From IMG/VR virus record IMGVR_UViG_3300045988_077974: 57,763 bases of DNA. One strand, given 5' to 3'. Positions 27,771 through 33,752 of the stretch are shown one piece after another; position 1 is the first letter of the stretch, and the number at the start of each line of letters is the position of its first letter. Below the pieces are notes generated by a model. It ran no database searches. It saw only the letters and a list, made by a program, of their open reading frames with translations, and was not told the DNA's origin. The DNA comes from a virus. Both the position numbers and the translations under genes were made by a program.

Positions 27771-28712
27771 CTAACTCATGACAAATTGTGCCAGTTTCAA
27801 AAGATACTTTTTGTTACAAAAATGAGCTATGCTATAATCTGTCTTACCATTGTGGCTTCTGGCAAAGTGCAGTCTTACCATTTCTTCCAACGGCATCGTT
27901 CCATCTTCTTTTTGTTTTGAAAAATCAAACTCCTCAAAATGATTAAACTCTTTATCGTTTATATGCGATAAAGCTGAGCATACATCAATCAGCGTTTCGC
28001 TTCTAAGTATCGGATGTATCTTCCCTGTTTTCTTCGTAAACAAATCCAGGTAAAGATTAAAAGCATTATTTACTGCTTCTTTCAAATCGCCATGACCGAT
28101 AGATACATCGCAGATATCATAAAAGCGTTTAGACATGTCCTTTTGTTTTTTCTGCAATTCTGATTTTGTGAGTTTTGTTTTTACATCATTTTCTGAAAAT
28201 GATGTATTTACCTTTCCATCATCGTTAGATGATGTATTATCCTCTATGTAGTCTTTGTATGTATTCTCTGCAGTAGTCTCTGGTATTGCTTTGCTGAGAT
28301 TGCCATGTCCATCTGTGCAATTTGCCATGTCGTGAACGCAATCTGCCATATCGTAATTGTCAACAAGACTTTGCAGCTTTTCATAGTCAATAGAATACCA
28401 CTTTGTCTTGTCAATTTTCATTTTGTTATAATTAGCTGTAATGACAATGCCTTTTTTCTCCAGACTGGTTATTGTTCTTCTGATCGTGTCTACTGACCAA
28501 AAATCAAAATCAGTTTCTTTCCATGACTGATATGTATTAAAAATCCAGTATCTTCCATCACGGAAATTTTTATCTGCCTTTTTATTAATTTCAAGCCAAT
28601 AATGTATCTGATTGAGAACAACAGCTTCATTCAGATTACCCAAAACCTTTACAAGCGTTTTTCGGATAAGCAAAACATCGTCTTTGTTTATAAACAGCTC
28701 ATTATAATTCAT
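27771..28712 (-). CDS. Winged-helix DNA-binding protein, replication-initiator/replisome-organiser-like N-terminal domain
   Basis: AVVLNQIHYWL...YWIFNTYQSWKE.DFDFWSVDTIRRTITSLEKKGIVI...DKTKWYSIDYEKL resembles a recurrent phage/plasmid wHTH family, recalled from memory. Confidence 0.45.
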   Translation of the reverse strand: MNYNELFINKDDVLLIRKTLVKVLGNLNEAVVLNQIHYWLEINKKADKNFRDGRYWIFNTYQSWKETDFDFWSVDTIRRTITSLEKKGIVITANYNKMKIDKTKWYSIDYEKLQSLVDNYDMADCVHDMANCTDGHGNLSKAIPETTAENTYKDYIEDNTSSNDDGKVNTSFSENDVKTKLTKSELQKKQKDMSKRFYDICDVSIGHGDLKEAVNNAFNLYLDLFTKKTGKIHPILRSETLIDVCSALSHINDKEFNHFEEFDFSKQKEDGTMPLEEMVRLHFARSHNGKTDYSIAHFCNKKYLLKLAQFVMS

Positions 28713-28872
28713 ATTGTTTACCTCCTACGAAACATAAACAGCACCACGCTTTATGTGCTAAACTCTACGATTAATAAAAAACAACAAACAGGCAGTCGTA
28801 GGTCTGCTTTTCGGTCTGCATCACCTAGTTTGTTGCATTTATTTACTGATAATATTCAAATATCAGCAAAAC

Positions 28873-28958
28873 GGACGGTTGCGGATTTGAACCGCAATCA
28901 CTCTTTTATGTTGGAGCAAAGGAGTGAAAACCTCCAACCGGCATTCCAGCCTCCGTCC
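28873..28958 (-). ncRNA. Atypical 86-nt tRNA-like gene (canonical T-arm and acceptor, aberrant D/anticodon region)
   Basis: Minus-strand sequence GGACGGAGGCTGGAATGCCGGTTGGAGGTTTTCACTCCTTTGCTCCAACATAAAAGAGTGATTGCGGTTCAAATCCGCAACCGTCC. Acceptor is 6 bp plus an A:A mismatch. T-arm is UGCGG/UUCAAAU/CCGCA. The anticodon register is ambiguous. Confidence 0.4.
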
Positions 28959-29012
28959 ACCAGTCTTTTATTAAGACCAGCCGGTCACAGGAATAAATCC
29001 CGTGCCGGATAA

Positions 29013-29077
29013 TGGCAAGGATGGATTCGAACCATCTTTCCGTCTGCACGAATAACGGATGCCCTGCGCACTTGCCA
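29013..29077 (-). ncRNA. Short (65-nt) tRNA-like element or tRNA pseudogene
   Basis: Sequence TGGCAAGTGCGCAGGGCATCCGTTATTCGTGCAGACGGAAAGATGGTTCGAATCCATCCTTGCCA. It has a perfect 7-bp acceptor and a GATGG/TTCGAAT/CCATC T-arm, but only 32 nt remain for the D and anticodon arms. Confidence 0.3.
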
Positions 29078-29159
29078 CTCAAAAACATACAATTATCAGT
29101 GGAGGATTTTGTATGAAATGACACCGCCTGTTACGGCTACGCTCATGCCAAAAAGCGTA

Positions 29160-29262
29160 AGTTGATTTGCACGCTTGAGCATCGTTGGATAGATGCTCAA
29201 GAAATCCCCTCCGATCCTTGTGACGGATCTTTAATCAGCTTTCCGCTAGAGGGGTATTAGAA
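29160..29262 (-). other. Unclassified structured segment: three-way-junction-like fold plus a perfect 10-bp hairpin
   Basis: Minus strand: CCCCTC...GAGGGG encloses AGC-GGAAA-GCT and GATCC-GTCACAA-GGATC. It is followed by CTTGAGCATC-TATCCAAC-GATGCTCAAG (29173-29200), then AGCGT..ACGCT and a U-run. Confidence 0.35.
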
Positions 29263-29346
29263 AGGAGATGTACAATGCAAATAGCATGTAGCATCATGGT
29301 CCCGGCAGGGGAGAAAAAGTATAATACTAAAAGCACCTGCCGGAAA

Positions 29347-29418
29347 CTAGGGTACCCGGATTCGAACCGGGAAGTCTGGGAACCAAAATCCCATGCCTTA
29401 CCATTTGGCGATACCCCA
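29347..29418 (-). tRNA. tRNA-Gln (anticodon UUG)
   Basis: Minus-strand sequence TGGGGTATCGCCAAATGGTAAGGCATGGGATTTTGGTTCCCAGACTTCCCGGTTCGAATCCGGGTACCCTA-G. Full cloverleaf drawn by hand: U1:A72, G73, anticodon loop UUUUGGU, T-loop TTCGAAT. No encoded CCA. Confidence 0.88.
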
Positions 29419-29558
29419 TCACTTACGGGCGAAGAGACCAATCAAACGCCCGTAAACTACTACGATTAAAAGGTTAATTATGACACGTTTATTTCAGACT
29501 GTTATTTATAGTTCAATTGTTATTCCTTTCCCGCTACCTAGTTGGGCATCTGATTTTT

Positions 29559-29750
29559 CTATTCTGATCCATAGACTTTACCTCCTTTTCGCTTATCTAA
29601 ATGTTCAAACTGACATTTAACCATGTCAGTGACATTACTACGTTGGCAATCAATGCCATGGCCGGCTTTAAATAATTCACATTCAAACATCCGGACGCAT
29701 TTCGTACATTCATCGTCAATCTCTTTACGACCTATTTTCATCTTTCTCAC
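29559..29750 (-). CDS. Hypothetical Cys-rich protein
   Basis: ORF track. Confidence 0.45.
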   Translation of the reverse strand: MRKMKIGRKEIDDECTKCVRMFECELFKAGHGIDCQRSNVTDMVKCQFEHLDKRKGGKVYGSE

Positions 29751-30060
29751 TCAATTCAATGTATTTATTCAAATACCAAACTGCTTTTTTTACATCCTCT
29801 AATCCATTCTTTTTACGGTGCCGGTAGATATACTTAAATGCATTGCAGATGCAGAAATCTTTTACCGCTTCTGTGCCTTGCGTTTCCTCCATCACGTCTA
29901 TGCATTGGTATTTTCCAGTTTCATAATGCGACGGATGATTTACGTTGTCATTCTTAATTCCGTTGCACAGTTCTAAAACTTTTTCTTGTTCTGCTTCCGT
30001 AAAAATATCAAGATCAATCTTGGAAGCATCAATCATTTTATCGCTCATCGGATCAAACAT
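29725..30060 (-). CDS. DUF3310-family protein
   Basis: NHPSHY...CIDVME...CICNAFKYIYRHRKKNGLEDVKKAVWYLNKYI matches the DUF3310 signature. Start at 30060 behind GGAGGA. Confidence 0.75.
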   Translation of the reverse strand: MFDPMSDKMIDASKIDLDIFTEAEQEKVLELCNGIKNDNVNHPSHYETGKYQCIDVMEETQGTEAVKDFCICNAFKYIYRHRKKNGLEDVKKAVWYLNKYIELSEKDENRS

Positions 30061-30082
30061 ATATTCCTCCATTTTTAGTTTA

Positions 30083-30241
30083 TTACTCAACTTTAACCAA
30101 AATGTAACTATGTCTCTTTATCCAATTATCAGCATTGCCATATTTACTAACTAAGTAATAGCCACGGAATAAGTGTATTATTTCTACTTCCGGAAACTTA
30201 TATGGCAAAAGAAATAATTTATTCGGTGTTGTTCTTATCAT
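30083..30241 (-). CDS. Possible 52-aa ORF (MIRTTPNKLFLLPYKFPEVEIIHLFRGYYLVSKYGNADNWIKRHSYILVKVE)
   Basis: Hand translation. GGAGTG RBS. Confidence 0.4.
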   Translation of the reverse strand: MIRTTPNKLFLLPYKFPEVEIIHLFRGYYLVSKYGNADNWIKRHSYILVKVE

Positions 30242-30434
30242 TGTTTTCACTCCTGTTGTATATTGATTATGGTTAATGCTGTCAAGAGCAGGTCTTTTTG
30301 TTTTTGAGAATATTTGGGGGGCTTAGTACGCCCGCTAGGGCGTCCGGTACAGAGGGGGACGCCCCTTTTTCATCTGGAGCCGTGAAATGGTCCCGAAATG
30401 GTGATTTTTCTTCCGGTTTCCTGCCGTTCCTTTG

Positions 30435-30470
30435 GCTCTCTTTGATAAAGTCCGGTTTATCCAAGAGAGC
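30435..30470. other. Long hairpin (15-bp stem, one mismatch) just downstream of terS
   Basis: GCTCTCTTTGATAAA (30435-30449), loop gtccgg, TTTATCCAAGAGAGC (30456-30470). Confidence 0.8.
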
Positions 30471-30491
30471 TACCACAATATATAGTGGTGT

Positions 30492-31157
30492 TTATCCACC
30501 ATCCACAACATCTTGTGTTTCGGTGTGTTTGCTGTCAGACAACCGAGCTCGAATGTCTGACGCTGTAAGCGCTTTCTTCGCTTCTCGCTCCTTGCTTACG
30601 CCTGGTAGGTTCCACCCGTAGTGCTTATTGAGGATTGCTATCTGAGCTACCGCCTGCTTACTGTCCACCAGCTTTGCGCTCAAGCTCTCTTCTCTTTCCT
30701 GCGATAATTTTTTGTAAATATCCGCACCCGAATCACTTAATATATTCTTTTCATCTCTCCAAGCATAAATAGTATTATCATCTATACCAGTTAATTTATT
30801 AAATCCTAATATGCTAACTTCTTTACAGTATTGATAACACATATATATATAATAATCACATATCTCATTTACTAAACTAATATTATAAGCATTACAATTC
30901 GATTTATTGAGATTACTGGTAACATCAGAGTTATTATTGTTTTTGTAACCATTAAGGTGATTGTTTAATTTTAATTTATTAGTTCCTTTGAAAAGGTGAT
31001 GTTGAATATATAAAAGAGCCGCATTCCATACCCCCTGCGGTGCTGTGGTCATATCCTCGATTGGTGGCTTTCTCTGCTCGCAAAACTCCTGCAAATAATA
31101 TTCGATATCGTTGGCGAACACCTCGCCGGTCAATGGCTCATCCTCTAATCGTTCCAC
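30492..31157 (-). CDS. terS: Terminase small subunit candidate
   Basis: GTG start behind AAGGAGGTGA. The C-terminal half (ILGFNKLTGIDDNTIYAWRDE...KLSQEREESLSAKLVDSKQ.AVAQIAILNKHYGWN) resembles the HTH plus oligomerisation region of TerS proteins. First gene after a long regulatory gap. Confidence 0.55.
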   Translation of the reverse strand: MERLEDEPLTGEVFANDIEYYLQEFCEQRKPPIEDMTTAPQGVWNAALLYIQHHLFKGTNKLKLNNHLNGYKNNNNSDVTSNLNKSNCNAYNISLVNEICDYYIYMCYQYCKEVSILGFNKLTGIDDNTIYAWRDEKNILSDSGADIYKKLSQEREESLSAKLVDSKQAVAQIAILNKHYGWNLPGVSKEREAKKALTASDIRARLSDSKHTETQDVVDGG

Positions 31158-31177
31158 GTTCTCACCTCCTTAAATCA

Positions 31178-31213
31178 AATAAAAAACGCCCACAAGAAAG
31201 ACCTAACAGGCGT
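31178..31213 (-). terminator. Leader terminator immediately upstream of the terS RBS
   Basis: Minus-strand RNA reads ACGCCUG-(14 nt)-UGGGCGU followed by UUUUUUAUUU, about 15 nt before AAGGAGGUGA. Confidence 0.5.
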
Positions 31214-31340
31214 ATATATAACACCTCTGGTCATTCCTGCGAGCGTTCCGTTGCCGTCCTGGCTCGTCATCCTATCGCTTTAAGTATCTGCTCCCCTCTC
31301 ACGGCTCCGGGGTGATCCTCTGCCGGTAACACCGGCTGCG
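31214..31340 (-). ncRNA. GC-rich structured leader RNA of the late operon (unclassified)
   Basis: Locally GC-rich in an AT-rich genome. Hairpins include GCCGG-UGUUA-CCGGC, CCCC...GGGG and CGAGC...GCUCG. No credible ORF, and no riboswitch class recognised. Confidence 0.4.
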
Positions 31341-31510
31341 ATTCAGATCTAAATTGTAATTGAGATTATAAATCAATATTTTTATTTTGTCAATATCTAA
31401 AAAAAATAATAATTTATTTTCGTTTTTTCTTTCCTTTTTTCTTTCCTTTTCTCTTTCTTCTTTTCTCCTATTGTACAAAAAGTATTTATTTTAGTGTATT
31501 ATTTTGGCGC

Positions 31511-31542
31511 AAAATAAAAAAGCACCTATATTTCAAGGTGCT
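31511..31542 (-). terminator. Rho-independent terminator ending the upstream (early/middle) unit
   Basis: AGCACC (31521-31526) pairs with GGTGCT (31537-31542). The plus-strand A-run at 31511-31520 gives a U-tail on the minus strand. Confidence 0.75.
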
Positions 31543-31564
31543 TAAAATGATATCTACTTTTTCT

Positions 31565-31858
31565 TTATTCATCTTCATTTTTGACGGCTAAATAATAAGT
31601 CTCTTCATTCTCTTCTCCGTCTTCATCGGTCCATCTCGTCCCTACGTTGTAAAAGCTGTATCCGTAAACCTCATCATTTGGCTGCTCCGGATCAAGATAT
31701 GCTTCTTGCACATACGTTACAACCTCATCATATCCATCACTAGAATACACTCCATACGCTTCGCCCTCCTTTGGGATCCTATCTACAACGTCATAAGACC
31801 TATGATATATCTTATTGCTCCTCTCGTTATATCCTACGTTTGCCTTTATTGTCTTCAT
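31565..31858 (-). CDS. Hypothetical acidic protein
   Basis: ORF track. Followed by a terminator. Confidence 0.55.
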   Translation of the reverse strand: MKTIKANVGYNERSNKIYHRSYDVVDRIPKEGEAYGVYSSDGYDEVVTYVQEAYLDPEQPNDEVYGYSFYNVGTRWTDEDGEENEETYYLAVKNEDE

Positions 31859-31923
31859 GATAATCTCCTTTCATCCGCTTCACCCTGCGGCGGGTTGCTT
31901 TCTTTTTGATCTAAAAACAGTAT

Positions 31924-31939
31924 ATAACGATATCGTTAT
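31924..31939. promoter_or_regulatory. 16-bp perfect palindrome ATAACGATATCGTTAT (operator-like)
   Basis: Same half-site as the iterons at 32405-32588. Lies just downstream of the RHH gene. Confidence 0.6.
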
Positions 31940-31960
31940 AATGTCAATAGTTAATTGCAA

Positions 31961-32380
31961 CTATTTATTATTTTTTGTCGCTTTATCAAAAACCTTGTCC
32001 GGAACGCATACAAGGAGCGTTCTGTCTCGCTTTCTTTCTTCTTCTGCTGTCAATTCTGCTTTCTTGGTAGCCATCTTTTGATTGACTTGCTTTTGTAATT
32101 CTTCCGCTTCTTCGGCTTCTTCTGGGGTCCTCTCTCCTGCCACAGGTGGGATCGTAAACGGTCTTTCTGGTGCTGTGTCTGCTTCGTTCCGCAATTCTGG
32201 CAATGCTCCGGACGCATTGACCTTTTCCATAACGGCTTCAACGATAAACCCATTCAAGCTCTTTCCTGCTGCTGCTCGTATCGCTTCTTCGTCTTCTTTC
32301 TTAAAACGGACTAAGGTTTTGAAATATGATTTATCCTCGTATTTTTTGGTCGCTCTGATTTGACTTTCTTTTACTGCCAT
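31961..32380 (-). CDS. Ribbon-helix-helix (Arc/CopG-like) DNA-binding protein with an acidic/charged tail
   Basis: The N-terminus SQIRATKKYEDKSYFKTLVRFKKEDEEAIRAAAGKSLNGFIVEAVMEKV fits the RHH beta-alpha-alpha pattern. Confidence 0.65.
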   Translation of the reverse strand: MAVKESQIRATKKYEDKSYFKTLVRFKKEDEEAIRAAAGKSLNGFIVEAVMEKVNASGALPELRNEADTAPERPFTIPPVAGERTPEEAEEAEELQKQVNQKMATKKAELTAEEERKRDRTLLVCVPDKVFDKATKNNK

Positions 32381-32404
32381 CGCTTCTTACCTCCTAATAT
32401 ATGA

Positions 32405-32588
32405 TATCGTTATATTATTATATAATGTTATCGTTATTTTGTCAAGCATTTTGAAGAACGGTATCTTATAGCATTATCGTTATATTATTATATAATGTTA
32501 TCGTTATACATATTGCACAATAAATAATATAATGTTATCGTTATATTTGTGTGGTTTGTCTATTGAAATCATATAACGATAGCGTTAT
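32405..32588. repeat. Iteron array: six TTATCGTTAT-type sites, including a 33-bp direct repeat and one inverted pair
   Basis: Sites at 32405-32413, 32428-32437, 32474-32483, 32498-32507 and 32535-32544, plus the inverted pair ATAACGAT/AGCGTTAT at 32573-32588. The unit tatcgttatattattatataatgttatcgttat occurs at 32405-32437 and 32475-32507. Confidence 0.9.
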
Positions 32589-32642
32589 ACTATATTCAAG
32601 ATCAAAAGAAAGGAGCCGGAAAATCCGGCAGGGTAAAGAAAA

Positions 32643-32759
32643 ATGAGAAAATGCGAAATTAGAGTTGATGGACTTCTGGTAGGAGTTGAAGAGTTTACAA
32701 TCGAGGAGATCAAGGAACTGAACAAGGACGCAGAGATCAGCGTAACAATCATTAAATAA
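32643..32759 (+). CDS. Possible 38-aa ORF (MRKCEIRVDGLLVGVEEFTIEEIKELNKDAEISVTIIK)
   Basis: Hand translation. Weak RBS. First ORF of the plus-strand island. Confidence 0.35.
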   Translation: MRKCEIRVDGLLVGVEEFTIEEIKELNKDAEISVTIIK

Positions 32760-32779
32760 ATAATAAGGAGGGCAAAACA

Positions 32780-32932
32780 ATGACATATCAAATCAAAATC
32801 ACGGGTAGCATTTACAACGAAGATTACACCTTCACAGATCCGGCAGAGGGATCTATCAGGGAAGAGGTTGAGGCCATTCTTGAGGATATGGCAAACGGCA
32901 ATATTGACAGTCTGGAAATGTCAATCAAATAG
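32780..32932 (+). CDS. 50-aa ORF (MTYQIKITGSIYNEDYTFTDPAEGSIREEVEAILEDMANGNIDSLEMSIK)
   Basis: Hand translation. AAGGAGGG RBS 7 nt upstream. Confidence 0.55.
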   Translation: MTYQIKITGSIYNEDYTFTDPAEGSIREEVEAILEDMANGNIDSLEMSIK

Positions 32933-32976
32933 CAAGACCGGCAGGCGGTTCTGGGGTTCAATTCCCCGGCTTGCTT
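32931..32976 (+). ncRNA. tRNA-like minihelix (acceptor-like stem plus canonical T-arm, no D or anticodon arms)
   Basis: AGCAAGA-ccggcaggcggtt-CTGGGG-TTCAATT-CCCCGG-CTTGCT. Followed by GC-rich hairpins ACGCTC..GAGCGT and CACCGCGGGA..TCCCGGTG up to the RBS of 33066. Confidence 0.35.
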
Positions 32977-33065
32977 TACCCGATAGCCGAAACGCTCAAT
33001 TCCGGAGCGTCCACCGCGGGATGGTCTCCCGGTGCTGATGATGGCAGACCAGAAAGGGAAATATT

Positions 33066-33515
33066 ATGAATACAATTAAATTACAAGGAATTTACAGCAG
33101 ACAGAAAGCAATACCGGCGGCAGATCTTAAGCCGGGAATGGTTACAACTTGGAATTATGGTTATACTGAGACAGTTAAAAGCGTAGAGCCTACCAAGAGC
33201 GGTAAAAGCGTTAAATGCGTTATCATCTCAAACGAAAGCGGAACTGAATGCGTACGAACAATGAGAGCTGATAGGCTTGTAGGAGTTAAAGAGGAAGAAC
33301 CAAAAACCCCTATTGACAAAGCACTAGAAAATAGGACTAAAACATACAGCGGGATTTATAGCGATGTCGGCACAGCCTTAGAAGCTTTCAGCACTTCGGA
33401 GCTTGCGGAATATTATATACAGCGTTTCGGCGATAGTGCATTACGATATTTTCTTGAGCAGGGAATAATTTCCGCAGAAATCAACGCAGAGAAAGAGAAA
33501 AGAGAAATTTGTTAA
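33066..33515 (+). CDS. Hypothetical protein
   Basis: ORF track. Plus-strand island. Confidence 0.6.
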   Translation: MNTIKLQGIYSRQKAIPAADLKPGMVTTWNYGYTETVKSVEPTKSGKSVKCVIISNESGTECVRTMRADRLVGVKEEEPKTPIDKALENRTKTYSGIYSDVGTALEAFSTSELAEYYIQRFGDSALRYFLEQGIISAEINAEKEKREIC

Positions 33516-33563
33516 TTTTCACACGCCCCGGAGTAATCCGGGGATGGGCAGAAAGGAGCTAAA

Positions 33564-33719
33564 ATGGATAAGATAGTTAAATGGCTTATATCTTGCGGAT
33601 ATAATGAAAGAGAAGCTGTAAAAGAAGCAAATAAAATGATTGAGCAGAACAGATGGGACGGAGTAGAAAAATGCTCAAGGGAATTCGCTATAAATATGAT
33701 TTTAGAGAATTTAGAATAA
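33564..33719 (+). CDS. 51-aa ORF (MDKIVKWLISCGYNEREAVKEANKMIEQNRWDGVEKCSREFAINMILENLE)
   Basis: Hand translation. AAAGGAG RBS. Followed by a terminator. Confidence 0.5.
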   Translation: MDKIVKWLISCGYNEREAVKEANKMIEQNRWDGVEKCSREFAINMILENLE

Positions 33720-33726
33720 TTTGAAT

Positions 33727-33752
33727 AAGGGGCGAAAGCCCCTTATTTTTTT
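33727..33752 (+). terminator. Rho-independent terminator (GNRA tetraloop)
   Basis: AAGGGGC-GAAA-GCCCCTT followed by a T-run. Confidence 0.85.

Noticed and set aside
28873-29418. Stop-codon recoding supported by suppressor tRNAs
   Set aside because: All large structural and replication genes read through cleanly in the standard code. The only secure tRNA is a normal tRNA-Gln(UUG).
28602-29469. Track ORFs 28602..29012(+), 28906..29124(-), 29235..29441(-) and 29275..29469(+)
   Set aside because: They overlap tRNA and hairpin sequences, lack RBSs, and owe their length to local GC richness.
30282-31315. Track ORFs 30282..30476(-), 30298..30621(+) and 31040..31315(+) in the GC-rich patches flanking terS
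   Set aside because: They have no RBS, they lie antisense to or overlap terS, and their composition is dominated by hairpin-forming sequence. I treated them as non-coding.
32931-32976. tRNA-like minihelix as the attP core
   Set aside because: It lies 5.6 kb from int, whereas a repeat-flanked AT-rich region with arm-type sites lies directly next to int. It is kept only as a minor alternative.
33005-33058. Hammerhead-ribozyme-like core: GUC, hairpin, CUGAUGA (33035-33041), UGG-CAGA-CCA, GAAA
   Set aside because: Stem III cannot form (GGG after GAAA against GCG before the GUC), and stem II would be only 3 bp. This is probably a coincidence within a GC-rich 5' UTR.
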